A DNA stretch of 63,218 nt, filler included, from Basidiobolus ranarum (GCA_040143965.1; 13 parts of 13 records of this genome joined end to end with filler, not necessarily neighbours in it), one strand, 5' to 3'; numbered from the whole stretch's first letter, positions 12,279-25,509 are shown. Notes: generated by a model from the letters alone, not told the origin. Program-made: numbers and translations.

Positions 12279-13416
12279 ATGATTTCTGCTGCATCCTGGC
12301 GCACGTTTAAAAGTTTCAAGTTAAAGGTGACGATTTGAGCTTATTGAACAATATGCTAATTCAATTAAATTGGAGCTCATTGAACAATATACTAATCCAA
12401 TTAACAACCCCATTAATCTTCATATTTAGTTACTTGGTGCCGTGATTATATTCGTTTTCACATCGGCACTATTGCTAATACAACTTCGTCGAGGTATCCT
12501 CTACTTATTATATCTTGAACAACATGCAATTGCTAAACCTTTTATTACTCGAAAAGAAAAAGACATTTTACAAAGTGGTGGCAGTTTAAACAAAGTCTAT
12601 TCTCATGAGTTTTCTAAAACAGGGCTGGGAAATAAATTTTCTGAAGTTCTCATAGGTCTCTATTTTGCTCGAAACAATGGACTCAAGTATAAGTTCGACT
12701 ATGACTCTTTTGTTTTGAACCATAGAAAGGACGACTACGAATGGTTTGCAGATCTGCTCGCTAGTCGCTATAACGCTCCAGGTGTTTACAATAAACTTGT
12801 CCAAGCCAAAGACTTACTTGGTCGCCAAAGCCTCACCACTGAACAAGTTACCCATGGTTATAATGGCTTCTTCTCAAGACACTTTGAGAACTGTGGTGAA
12901 GTTTCGAATTGTTTCATGGCAGAGGTTTCATTTTTCAACGCAGTTCGAGAACTTCAGGACTTGCTTAATATCAGAAGCAGAGTTCATCGAGTAGCAATTC
13001 ACTTGCGCTTCGGAGATATAGGTTCATTTTCTTCTGTAAACCATTACCAGCAAATTCTTCGTAACCTCGACAGAATCAACAAAGAAATCATTCCAGAAGA
13101 TAGGGTTCACTTTGTTTACTATACAGCAAACGATAGGGAAGATATTCTTACCGAGTTAAAAGTAAAATTTCCAACGGCTCATTATCACAATATGAGAAAG
13201 GTTGAGGACACTATCAAGTTTCTTGCAAGTTCACAATACCACATCACTTCCGGATCCAGTCTAAGTTACATGGCTGCCTACCTTTGTCCTGATTGCCATA
13301 TCATATTTACGGAGCCCAAGGAGCGCTTTATTAGCCATCTGACTGATGAAAATCTCAACAAAACATTTTATTACATGGATGAATGGATACCTTACTACAA
13401 ACTTCTTGACAACTGA
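12279..13416 (+). CDS. Putative GDP-fucose-dependent fucosyltransferase (GT11/alpha-1,2-FucT-like), type II membrane protein, 2 exons
   Basis: Exon 1 12279-12326 (MISAASWRTFKSFKLK), GT-AG intron 12327-12429, then an in-frame exon 2 with a TM segment (LLGAVIIFVFTSALLLIQL). Motifs GLGNKF, VAIHLRFGD and FLASSQYHITSGSSLSYMAAYL resemble GT11 GLGNQ, HxRRGD and I..NSTFSWWAAYL. Confidence 0.68.
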
Positions 13417-14177
13417 GAACGTTGGGTTATACCTTCTCTTCTTACTCTTATGCTTTGTTGATGGGCGTTCAAGTTAAAACACATCATTTGTAATATTTTT
13501 TTTCAACCGTTTGTTATTCCAATATTAATGTAATGCTGAAATTCTATTTGAATAAATTCTAATCATATATACATATGACATATACCATAAATTGAAATAT
13601 TCTCTTCTAACCCTGCTTATTATCAAATTTAATCTTGATACCTAGGGGGGAGACAGTCACCAATAGGTGAAATCTTTATTTCAAGCAAAACAAAGAAGCC
13701 ATAACTACTGTTGTAGTTTCTTAATTAAAGTGTGAAGTTCTGGAGTATTGGTATGAATGTTGCAAAGTAGAAAAGTTAAGTCAGTAGAGTCTAAGATACT
13801 ATTAAGTGGAGTGAGAGGGATCAACAAAGGTAAAAATGGTTTGTCAACAATTGAAATCAGTGGAATGAGACTAGGATTCACATAAAGCATAAAGGGAGTG
13901 TGTTTCTAAAGATATTGCTGCCAAAGGTCTACCAAGTATTCCTTGCAGGCCAGGAAGGGCTTCTCAGCTTGTTCTATAAAGGAAGCAAATTTCTGTCTTC
14001 AGGATCTCCTAGCAGTATTCTCCAGCAAGATGAAAGATCAGAGAAGTGGGAACCTCTGCAGGAAATATCAGAGGGGTCTGACTCTTGCAAATCCTGATGA
14101 ATAGTCTAGTCATGAGGTAGATTGTTCTAAGACTGTGTGGAAGAAATCTAAAGGCACCAAGAATGGCATGTCTATAA

Positions 14178-14530
14178 CTCTAACAGAAATTTGAGGATTG
14201 TTATTGTAGGAAAACTGTCATAATTTTAATCCATTTGGGATTGACTGTTTACTTACCATCATAAAATTGTCAAGTTAGATTTGACTTTAATCAATTTTTT
14301 CAGCTTCAAGAGTGAAATTTCAAGATCTTGCAAAATATTTGCACATGATTGGCTACAATCTCAGAAAACTATGGATCAACACATGTGCAAAAAATGTAAC
14401 TCAAATTCTACACATTTACCACTTGAATGCTAATTTGTCACCTTTGAAATCCCTAGTTTCTTTGATTTATTCTCCTAAATATTTTTATAGAGTACTTCAT
14501 ACTCAAGGTTTAGCTCATATGCAACACAAG
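14178..14530 (+). mobile_element. CMC/EnSpm terminal fragment
   Basis: Starts CTCTAACAGAAATTTGAGGATTG, homologous to the ends at 25941, 45363 and 63080. Confidence 0.75.
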
Positions 14531-14647
14531 TAGGGGGGGGGATGAAANNNNNNNNNNNNNNNNNNNNNNNNNNNNNNNNNNNNNNNNNNNNTTAATTAAT
14601 TAANNNNNNNNNNNNNNNNNNNNNNNNNNNNNNNNNNNNNNNNNNNN

Positions 14648-15346
14648 CTTGGTTTCCCAGCCATCACCCATATTTTCACCACGAGTGGGTAAGATGATAT
14701 TGGAAGCAGGTGAGAAATGATCATTAGAGGCGGTAATAACACGAGCACCACTACCAACGGAAGCCAAATCAATAAGCTCCTCTTTGTTTTCAGGGAAATT
14801 GGGAACAATGGTACCATAGACACGGAAGCGAGCGATACCACCATCAGGGAATTGATTAATACGAATGAAGTTGTAAGTGGTCTCTGTAGGAACGTTAAGA
14901 AGGAAATAGTGTTTAGAATCAGGGTTCAATTCAACCTTGGGGAGAAGTTCTTCCCACTGATAGTTAGGTGGTTCTCCTTTGTTTAATTCATCATCACTCA
15001 CAAAGCAGCCCTCAACGGAAGCAACTGGTGCGTGGTTACCGGTGAAATGTGCAGTATCAATATCAAAGCCAACAACAGTACCAGGGAAGCCAAGTTGAAT
15101 AATGGCCCAATCGTGGTTCTGATTATGACGGCGAGTTTCCCAGCCATCAAACCAAGCGCCAGTTTCTACGAACTTGCCAATTTCACGAACGGAAGGCTTA
15201 GGATTTAACATATTGGATGCAGCAGCAAAGAATTCGTCAGAGACATCCACAACCTTGGAGCCTAGCTTGCAGTTAGCTAAGTCAACATAGTTGCCTAGAG
15301 GTGTGTTCTTGATATCATCAAGGGAGAGTCGGGTATAGGAAGACAT
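14648..15346 (-). CDS. DAL2: Allantoicase, 3'-truncated
   Basis: VSDEFFA, GAWFDGWETRRHN, DIDTAHFTGNHAP, FPDGGIARFRVYG, MGDGWET; two allantoicase repeats. Confidence 0.95.
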
Positions 15347-16659
15347 TGTGATCGTCGAGGAATTATCAAACCACTAGCGCTTAAAAGCATACAAACGACC
15401 GTATTTATGTTAAGATGAAGGATAGGGGATTAAGAATGAGATAGAAAACTTATCTCGGAAAAGGGGTGTTGGGGTGTTTGATAATCTTTTCCATGATAAT
15501 CTGAACTTCCATATTCTTCGTAATTTTCTAGGTGTGAGAGTAATCACAGTTAGATCCTATGAGGAATATTATCCTGCATGATAATCTCTAGCAAGGGCCA
15601 CAAATTAATATCAACTGATTTTCCGCTTTCTCACTCAAACTTGCAAGCTATTACAAAGCCTTAGCGATAGCTCATATATTATACGCGGGTTGACCGCAGG
15701 CTCATGACCAATCTATACTCAGGGTCCAATCTGATTGTGTAACTTGACAGTCTGGATGACATCATATCCGACCAGACTCCATATAAGCTAGCACAACTAC
15801 GCTACAACTATGCAAATTGAAGCTGTTCAGATGATATTGGTATTCAATTGGAACGACATTGTTTTTGAATTTTCACCAGTAGTACAAATCTATTGAGCCA
15901 AGATAAACCACCGATTAAATGGACTCAAGATTCTCGAGTAGTTTGCAACTGGCCAGCCTTGATTTGCTCTCAACATCCACTCAGCAGCCGGTTGCATAGT
16001 TAGGCAACGCCCAAATGTGCACATTGACAGCAGTTGGCATGGTGTCTCATGATTCACTACGAAACTGAATCTTTGACTGGATAGTTGCCCAAATGTGGTA
16101 AATAGATGCTCGATTTAGAAACAATACAGTATGCACAGTGATGGGTAAATCCTATTTTCCCTTCAGATGTAGCTTCAACCGTGTCTTGAAATATTAACAA
16201 AGACTATGTCTATGCATACAAGGCGATATCAGCACTTTCTCTCGAAAGAGAATCTTTAAGCATAGGACAGATATTCTGCTGCAGTATCAGCATCTCTGTA
16301 TCCGATTAGATCGGATTGACTCTGGGGCGCTGCTAGAGTTGCTAGTGGTGATTATATACAGCTAGCTCTTGTCTTCAATTTATCAAGCGTATCAGCGAAA
16401 TGCAAAGGATTAACCGTAACGCTCATTCCCTCATTTTCGTTCAAAAATTAGCGAACAATACGGGTAGCAGCCTGTACTGCATGATAAAATCTACGATTTT
16501 GTGCGATGATGAAGGTGTCGTTACGTTAATTCCTTGAGAATAATATAAATATAGTTGCATTCATACTAGAGTAGTTTATCTAACTTAAAGACTCTCCAAC
16601 TTTATCATTATCTCCAGAAATCCCTAATTATCACTGTGACATTTAGAAATACATCACTT

Positions 16660-17784
16660 ATGCATTCAAAAATAATATTGTCAATCACTTCGGCTCTGAC
16701 ATTCAGTGGGGTTCATGGAGCGAAATTTGATTATTGTGAAGGTGAGTTCGCCAAGAGCAACTCAAACTGCCAGATGTTCGATTTCCCAGTAAAAGCACAG
16801 TCACTTTGCGCACCTAAACTCCCTTCAAACTATCGAACAATCCTTGATAAAGAGAAAATGGATCCTCGAATGAAGAAAATGATTAGGTTGATAACTAACG
16901 TGTTTGAACACGCTAGTAAAACCATTAATTACGGGTTTTGCGAAAATATCGGAGACAAACGGGGGTATACTTGTGGCACAGTTGGATTCACTACTGGAAC
17001 CGGTGACCTCTATACTGTAATAGATGAATATGAAAGGCGTTTGGGAGCCGAAACTGGATTCTCTAGGTACCGCTCTGAGCTTCGCAAGTTGGCCAGTCAC
17101 AGCGATTGCAGTATCCCAGATGGGGATGTAAGTAGGTTGGCAGCGTTTGCGGAGCTATGGAAGCGAGAGTCATGCCTTGCTGAGTTTCGTAGCGTTCAAG
17201 ACGATGTTGCCGATATGATTTATTATTTACCAGCTGTGGAGATGGCAGCTGAAGTAGGAGTCACTTCAAGTCTCGGTAAAGCGGTATTTTATGATACAGC
17301 AGTTCAACATGGGTGGGAGGAAGATGACGGATTAAGTTTAAAGACAATTATCAACCTTGCTGGTCCGAAATCCACCTCTAGTGAACAGGAATACTTGGAA
17401 AGATTTCTAATTGTGCGCAGAAAGTTGTTATGTTGCTATCCAGATAATGTCTGGCCAGATTCTGCAGATCGCGTTAGTGATTTGATGGGCCTGGTCAGCT
17501 CAAATGACCTCGAATTCAAAAATTCCATTATACTAGAAGCCTACGAAACTACGATCACTGGTAACGAAGAGTTATTTAGTCCATGTGCGAATCCACCTAG
17601 TGGTCCTTCAATTCCAGAGCCGGGCCTGGAGCCGTTTCGTAATCGTACACCAATCAACGAAGCCAAGTCCACCTCTGGGGAAGAGGTAGACCTGCCCTAC
17701 GATGCATTGTCGGCAGGAGTTAGAACCCTATCGACAGCATCCTCTCTTCTTATTGGCATCTTAACCTTACTCTTCTCTAGATAG
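16660..17784 (+). CDS. Secreted, probably GPI-anchored chitosanase (GH46)
   Basis: First ATG at 16660 with a signal peptide. GH46 catalytic Glu (NVFEH) and Asp in IGDKRGYTCGTVGFTTGTGD; FYDTAVQHG. Pro/Ser/Glu linker and hydrophobic C-terminal tail. Intronless. Confidence 0.85.
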   Translation: MHSKIILSITSALTFSGVHGAKFDYCEGEFAKSNSNCQMFDFPVKAQSLCAPKLPSNYRTILDKEKMDPRMKKMIRLITNVFEHASKTINYGFCENIGDKRGYTCGTVGFTTGTGDLYTVIDEYERRLGAETGFSRYRSELRKLASHSDCSIPDGDVSRLAAFAELWKRESCLAEFRSVQDDVADMIYYLPAVEMAAEVGVTSSLGKAVFYDTAVQHGWEEDDGLSLKTIINLAGPKSTSSEQEYLERFLIVRRKLLCCYPDNVWPDSADRVSDLMGLVSSNDLEFKNSIILEAYETTITGNEELFSPCANPPSGPSIPEPGLEPFRNRTPINEAKSTSGEEVDLPYDALSAGVRTLSTASSLLIGILTLLFSR

Positions 17785-19122
17785 AATGAGGTTTCCATAC
17801 AGAATATATTATCTTTGATATTTATTAGAAAGCACGTCTATATATACTTGTCTTTATTTTTAATTGAACATGATTAAATTGAATATCGAAATATTTGAGA
17901 CCATATGAAAAGCCTTACAGGTTACGTATTAGACGCATCTTGAATTATCTCAATAACATAGCCATCAGTAAACATATTTCCAGTAAGAAACATGGCCTTC
18001 AGTACCTGAAATATCAAGTGTGTAATGGAACAATGCTACTAAATAGATTTCCCATGGTGTTATAGTCACCATCGAGGCTCTTGTTATTAGGCTCTCGTAT
18101 CATAAGAGATACAACTGAGATACTCTGTGTGTAAGTGGCTTTTGAGTCTTGATGAGTTCTCATACATAAATGAGTGAGTAATGGCAATGCGCCAACATTC
18201 TAGACAGACTCATAAACAATAGATAGTGTGTTCAAACATACCATTTTTGATGATAGAACACGAAAATGTTCTCATAGGAATAACCCTAGCAGACCAACAA
18301 TAGTACTATGTACTATTAATTGCGATATGGTACCAACAGATTCTCTGCCTTCCTTTGGCACGTTGGGGTTACCATCCTGAGCGGGATCTAATTCACTTGC
18401 CATTATATCTCCGATGGAAGGCTTGTAAGGTTAAAATCTTCAGTCTATCATTTGAATCTTTATTTTCTAAATCACCCAGTCAGCCTTAAATTTCCAAAAG
18501 AATCACTTTTGACTTATTTGGGAATGCATACCATGTGTATCCAAGTCTTAGAATACAAGTGATTACAGAATTATATGGTGAGATTGCTTTACAGGTGCAT
18601 GCCAACTGGTATCTAGTTGAATACAGGATTTTAACCTAAAATTAGACGATTACAAAAAATAATTAGACAATCATAGAAAAGCATTCAGACGAATGTCAAC
18701 AGTAAAACTAGACGTCTTGGTTCTGTTTAATTCGCTTTATGATAATGTAACGCATATTTCTGCCGAACGTAAATTCCTCTATATATAGTTCATAAAAAAC
18801 CAAGTTTTTTAACTAAGCTATCTCGTTTCTTGATCATACCCACACATTGTTAAGAATTGAGTCAACTTAGATTATGTTCAATGAAATCAATTAGGACTGA
18901 TTATATGCAAATTGAATCAAGTGTAAATGTGCTACGTGAGTCAATCAATAATTGTATATAAATTGTATGCACTTCTTAATAAATTGATCGATCTTTTTAC
19001 TAATCTTTACAAATCACTCTGCTAAATTCTAGCACATATGTCATCAACAAACTTATTTGATATTAAATAACATACATGAAAAGTCACACTTTTTTGTTCT
19101 TGTATATCTTTTGCTTTTACAG

Positions 19123-19424
19123 GATGCTGAAAAGAGTTCTTCGTCAAGCGTTAAGAGAATAATGACTGTCAAGATGTCGGTGTTTACCATTGGATGGAAG
19201 GAATAATATACGCCTGTCTAAAAGAGTTGGTTCATAACGTGAACAACCTTGTCACTCACACATTTACCTTATTAAAATTCATCTTTATAAAAGAGTTTGC
19301 CGAAGACAATGAATTCGGCTTGAAAAAATATGTGACAAAAGATTTTTTTCGTGAAGTCTTTATGTCTCTTGTTTACAAACGGGTCAGAGATGGAAGTATG
19401 ACCGGAAAATCCCAGCATTCAGCC
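19123..19424 (+). pseudogene. Degenerate N-terminal fragment resembling Mucoromycota-type Fanzor1 (TnpB-derived) proteins
   Basis: Reconstructed TVKMSVFTIGWKE*Y.P/LKELVHNVNNLVTHTFTLLKFIFIKEFAEDNEFGLKKYVTKDFFREVFMSLV, with one stop and one frameshift. Resembles from memory the LV...N.LVTHTF...KYIFL.E......F......TKDFF.EVFLSLV N-terminus of Rhizopus-type Fanzor1. RuvC is not in the window. Confidence 0.5.
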
Positions 19425-19524
19425 NNNNNNNNNNNNNNNNNNNNNNNNNNNNNNNNNNNNNNNNNNNNTTAATTAATTAANNNNNNNNNNNNNNNNNNNN
19501 NNNNNNNNNNNNNNNNNNNNNNNN

Positions 19525-21768
19525 TTGTATTTTTTGTACGTGCTGTTGGGATATCAACAGTCCAGTGTTTCCCTCGAGTTTCATGCTTTGCAATTCTTGT
19601 TCCAGACCGTCCATCTCTGTATTGCCAGTGGAGTTTTCTTTACTCGCGGCCTAAGAAATATCGTGATATGTTGGTTATTTGATTAATCAGTATACTAACC
19701 ACTAAGAACATGGGAATTTACCTCTTTCTCGTCTTGATACTGTGCTACTAATCTTTGTATACGGCTTTCTAACGATTTAAGCTCTTCGACCTTGTCATTG
19801 ACGACTTCAGTCAAGTGATCAAGGTTCTCCTGCAGTGCAATTGCTTCGTCTTCAGTATGATGAAGAGAACCATTAAGATTACTCCTCAGATCTACCAATG
19901 CAGGCTATTACCATAAATGCAGAATTTTAGGTGAGTGAGGAGGTATGGATTTAAGGGATAGCAGTTAACTTTACATACTCTAATAACATTCTTGATGTCC
20001 ACAGATACCATCTCCTCTATTCTAGTGGCATGCTGATTAAGTTTGATCTCGAACTCGGTTCCATTGGCATACGGGGATTCACTAGGTATTAATCCAAGTC
20101 TATACGAAGAAGAATTAAACTCTTGAATAGCTCGCTCTACCTAAATGACCGAGGAGTTGGGAGGTTAGGATTCCTCTTTTTGAAGAAACTGAATGAAGTG
20201 AAATCAGTGACATACATCATCTAACTTCTTTAGAGATTCTATTTCTTTCTCCCAAGAAATCTGGTTGACTTCATCCAATTTGGCATTGACTGACTTAAGA
20301 GTCTTGGTCAATTGATCACGCTCGGTGTTCATTCGCTCCATGTCTATTATGGAGACTTGTTGCTCATCGACTTGCTTTTGGAGGATGGCCTTGTCCTCTT
20401 CGGATTGAGTTAGTTTTTGCTCGTTTAGTAGTACCTCATTACTCAACAAACTATTGGCCTCGTGGAGTTTCTTCTTTTTACTATGCAGATGTTCTAAATA
20501 CTCTGTAAACTTCTCGGTGTCCAATTTGAGAATCTCGCACTCCTTTTGAGCGGCCACAAGAGGTGACTGAATTTGATGGACAAACAATTAAAGAGAATTC
20601 GAGAATATGACGAGAGGAAAATGCACTACCTCAATAGAGACATAACCGGTGTATTCTTCGTTGAGGTGCTCAATTTCCTGGGTAAGTTTCGTAAAGTTGG
20701 CCAGAGCCACGTCCGACTTTTGCTCTATCAGAAATTAGAAGGGAATATTTCATGTGAATTACAACTCCTCTACACAGCCATACATTACTCGACATACCAA
20801 AATGAATGGTCAGATCTTGTTCCATATTTTCGTAATTATCATCTCCACTCAAGAACGCGATGTAGGATTTGGAGATGTATTTGAAGAACATTTCATCCTG
20901 GAATGTTGGTTCGTTTCCTGGTGATCCATCCAAGTCTGACGTATGGTTTAATTTGTCGACACACTACAGAATCCCGGTTAAATTAGGTTGAAGTTGAAGC
21001 GATACTGAGATTAACAAGTACTATGATTAGATTCACAAGCCATTGAAGCATTCCTAGAAGATTGGGCCACGAATGCATGGAGCCCACAGCATACAGTTGG
21101 GATTTGCTGATCTGGTCGGCAAATGGGTATCTATAGTGTTCATCCAAAAGAGTCAGAGCTGATTGAATAAATGGATAAAGAGATGACAATTACTTTAATC
21201 CCTTCAACAGGCCAGGCACCTCTTCTTCAAATTTCTTTTGAAACACGTATCTAGAATCCAATTTGGCGTAAAGAAATTTGAATATACTTTGGAAATCCTT
21301 GGAAGTGGGTGTTTGTAAGGTTTTGATGGAGATGGGCTGATTATATCCTATCTGGATTAAAAACTCAGTGATAACTCTGATGGTATCATGTTGCCAAGAT
21401 TTATCGCGCAAGGGACGAGGGTCTTTAGAGGTGCCCGAACTGGGGGCTAAAGAGCTTCTCGCGCTAGAACGTCTATGAAGTTCAGAAGGTCAGGAGAAAT
21501 GTTCAGTATACGTGACAATAGATTGCCAATGGAGTTCGGCAACCAAATTACTGTATACGAAAGAACTAACTCACCTTACACCCATGTTACCTCCTACGCT
21601 TTGCCTATTATTGCCGGGTGCAGCTCCTCCAGTAGAGAGGCGAAAATCCGAGAGACGAAGTGGTGGACCAGAAATGCCAGTACCAGCAAGAGAGAGCCGA
21701 GAGGCAGAACGCTTTACTCCGGAAGGTGTTTGAAGCCCGGAGCCGCTAACTGAGTGTTGTTTGTTCAT
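19525..21768 (-). CDS. NDC80: Kinetochore protein NDC80/HEC1, multi-exon, 3'-truncated
   Basis: Basic/Ser-rich N-tail, KDPRPLRDK, TPTSKDFQSIFKFLY, KFEEEVP..LK.L.YPF, ISKSQLYAVGSMHSWPNLLGMLQWLV, then a long coiled coil. GT-AG introns. Confidence 0.93.
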
Positions 21769-22092
21769 ATGTATGTAGCTAGTTTTGACAAGCAGTTTAA
21801 GAAGTAGCTAAAGTAGCAGTCATGTCTGTGTATTTTATGCCCCAGATTAATTGAGTTTGTTTTGATGGTTGAGTTTATGCATGATTGGCTTATCTACTTG
21901 AATAAACAAAACGATGATTGACCGAGGTTAGCAAGTCATCTGCAATTCAATTAAATCATTCTTATTAGTCACGGGGTACAGTTTACAAAGCTAAATTTAG
22001 AGTTTATTATATTATCGCCAAGTCGGTGATAAACCCCGGTAAATGAAAATACAGTCCTTTCAATTCCATAGCACATGGCTTATTAAGGATCT

Positions 22093-24298
22093 TTAATAGA
22101 CAGGGGAATTAATTACAAACACGGATTCTTCTTCCTTGCGTACCCATTTTCTCAACGCAGTTAGAGAGCCAATTACGCTTGATTTAGAAACTAACGGTCC
22201 TAACGCTGCATATATCTCGAAGGATTGGGAGCTCTAGAATAGTCACACAAGCTCAGTGAAAATGATTTACTCAACGTGTGACTGCTATTGCACTACTTAC
22301 CCATCCAATAATCGTCTCTGTATTGGTTACTTGATAGAAGGTCTTCAGAGGTAAAGTTTTGCAATGCATTCGATCATGGACATGCTGGTACATACGGAAG
22401 AGTCTAAAGATTGTTCGAAAAGCGATTAACAGGTTATCAATCGTGGCAGCATAGAAGGGAAAACTGACCGTCGTTGCTCGTCGATACTATCGTAATGAGG
22501 TAGGTAAGCGGGGGATGTTATCTGAACATATTGCTTCGATTTGTACAAGAAGTGTCTGAGACCAGGGATTCCAAGCTCCTCTTGATAAATATATGTATCA
22601 GTCATCTATATGTATGCAGTATATATCAATGTGCATCTACCAAGAGTATATTCTTCAGAGTCTACAGTTTGGGCCATCTCCTGAAGAGCTCCGGATTGAT
22701 CCAAATGCTATATATGATCGATTAGCCGAAAATATCAGTCAGCAGAGATAAGTTTGAATGAGGATTTACCTCTACAACAATGTCTTTGGATGCTGAGCAT
22801 TCAAAAAACATATCTTTGTCTGGCGATATCAAGACCAAGCAGGTCTCTTTGGCGATGAAATAAACGTATGCATGCAAAAATCCCTTGCTATTGAATTTTG
22901 GAAGACAGATAGGTGTCCATGATTCTCCGGAACAAAAGGTGGTTGACCCGCTCACCATATTGGTAACCAAATGTAGATCTTAGATACCCTGAGTCAGTGG
23001 CTTCAACAGCGTCATTTTCACTAACTGTACTTACCTGAGGGATGTAGGCTTTGCTTTCTTGGGCGAAGTAAGGTGACCAATTTGCCACAGGCAATAAGCA
23101 TAGCAAAAAGTACATGCTAAGAAATAGTAAGAATCAGTATAAAAAGGGAGTGGCATGGATTTGCTTGCTATATACCTTTGATTTGATTAATTGTAGAGAG
23201 TTGTTGAGCTTTGCTCTTAGAGGTTTTTTCATTTTCAAAGCGTGAATTGCTCCCAGCATTATACTAGGATCATAGGTCATCTCTCTACAGAGACTATCAA
23301 GAAATACTTCGGTACCTAACACCAGAAGGGGTTTTCAGATTATGGCAACAAAGATTCTAACTCAGCCTATCTAGTGGACAACTTCCAATCCTGTAGGTGT
23401 ATCTCAACTTACCGCTCAATAAGCGACGAAGGTCAAAATTAACTCTTTGTTCGAAAATTCGAGTTAACTGAGTTGAAGTTATGATACTCAGTACTTGATT
23501 GTAGAGATACGTTAATTGGGCCCGAATCTTCCAATTAAGGAAAATCAATCAGTACTCTAACGCGTACAATAACTGTTAAAATATTTAAGCTTACATGACT
23601 CTCTGGCTCTCCTGTCTTTGCAACAGCCAAGAAGTAGAGAGGCCCCTTTAATAAGAATACAAATCTGTGTTCACCCGCACTGATGGATCTATGCAATTGT
23701 ACTGTATTAGGGAAATACGTTTTCTAAGTGGCTGAGACTGATATATCTTACTTGATGGAGTCACCAGTGTCTACAAAAAAAGAGACAATAGCCTGAATTA
23801 CACCCATATAACTAGATAGCTTCGACTCATCGCCAAAACGAGAATAGATTGGCTTCCCAGCACTACTTAATATAAAGAAATGTTTATTATGACCAGCCCA
23901 GCTAGGCGAATAAGGATCTTCAAATAACACGTAATTAGCACAATAAACGAATTGTTAAACAAACATATGTCGACAAACCTTCCTCCGCGTATATGCGGCG
24001 ATATCCATTTGATTGTTTTGAGCGGCGTTCTAATGTTTCACCGTTTACTTCTGAAAGGTCAGGGGCTTCATCCTCTGAAATATCTTTAGAGATGACTTTG
24101 CTTTCTCTAGATCCGCTTGATACTGAAGGGCTCACTAATATAACAAAAAAGTTGAAGGCTTGAGACTTTTAATTGTATTTTCATCATGTACCTGGTATGA
24201 TCTGATCAGCTGTTTCTTCTAAAGAACTTAGCTCTTCTTTAAAGGAATCCACAAACAACTCCTTAGCCATTTCGATTCCCAGTCCTGATCTCCTTTTG
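22093..24298 (-). CDS. MON1: Vacuolar fusion protein MON1 (Rab7 GEF subunit), multi-exon, 5'-truncated
   Basis: [78 protein letters not shown]-terminus [17 protein letters not shown]. Confidence 0.93.
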
Positions 24299-24398
24299 NN
24301 NNNNNNNNNNNNNNNNNNNNNNNNNNNNNNNNNNNNNNNNNNTTAATTAATTAANNNNNNNNNNNNNNNNNNNNNNNNNNNNNNNNNNNNNNNNNNNN

Positions 24399-25476
24399 AC
24401 ATCTGATCATTTGCGATTTTTGTGCACAAACACCCCCATCCAAGGGTGACAAAATCACGATTTTACTAGTAAAAAAAGACTTTGATTATTTTTGGGATGC
24501 TTATTCTCACTAATCTATGTGCGCTTTCCCTAACCACCTGTGCAAAGATTTTGTAATTGGATATGAAAACCTTTATTACAGGTTTAAAAAAGATAGAATG
24601 AATCCATACTGGTATTCAATACATTCCCGGCTGCATCTTTCACAATGCGTAGAGATTATTGGCCTGTGCTGTACATTCCAGGAGTTCCCAATGGAGTGCA
24701 CCTGCAGTGAAATGATGCATGTGTGAAATTGTCAATATTACCATATGCTAATCTGTTTAACAATGTATCAGCAAAATCAGTGATGAATGTAATGCAATGG
24801 GTTAAGGAGACTTCAGAGTATATTAACCTGCCATCAAAGGCCTCTTTTCAATTTACTTGTGGGTTTTTGCATTGATTGAGAGCAATAACAGCAACAAAGC
24901 CCAATCCATGGACACAGAGTAAGTGTCTCTATAATTGGACTAATTTGCTTTTGTGATAATCTGATGGTGTTTTAGGAAAGCTGCAAGACAGAAGTCTTGG
25001 TGAGATAGATTAGGATATGTGGTATTATCGTTTTAGCCATGGGGTAATCTGTTCCAGAATGACACATCTACTTGTGGCAGGACATTTGTTGACCGCAGGA
25101 AAGGGATATATTGGCTGAATTCTCTATGGAAATATGCCAAAATCCAAGAGCTTATTCTCATTGTGAATAGTACCAAGAATCAGCTATTTGTCAAGTGTCA
25201 GTGCTATTCAAAATTTCAGATGTTTAGCAATTTTTTCATTATTAGTTTGTGGGTAAGTGTTTTTTGCACATGCATTGATACATAGTTATCTGAGATTGTG
25301 GCCAATCATGCACAAGTATTTGGCAAGATCTTGAAATTCCATTCCTGAAACTGAAAAAATGGATTAAAATCAAATCTAACTTGACAATTTTATGATGGTT
25401 AGTAAATGGTCAGTCTCAAATGGGTTATCATTGTGATGGTTTTCCTACAATAACAATCCTCAAATTTCTGTTAGGG
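24399..25476 (+). mobile_element. Degenerate CMC/EnSpm transposase 3' part followed by an inverted terminal segment ending ...CTGTTAGGG
   Basis: YSIHSRLHLSQCVEIIGLCCTFQEFPMECTCSEM..VKLSILPYANL matches the fungal CACTA/Tnp2 H.L.H...GP....W.FPMER.CG motif. 25260-25476 is the reverse complement of the terminal segment. Confidence 0.75.
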
Positions 25477-25509
25477 TAAGTGAATTAAAATTTGCTACTG
25501 GAGCCAAAG

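Noticed and set aside
9769-14547. Bacterial contaminant contig
   Set aside because: The same contig has a spliceosomal-intron gene and the host CMC terminal repeat.
6713-17784. Apparent cluster of DAO + NRPS + fucosyltransferase + allantoicase + chitosanase
   Set aside because: Spans three unlinked contigs. Only NRPS-fucosyltransferase and allantoicase-chitosanase are real neighbours.
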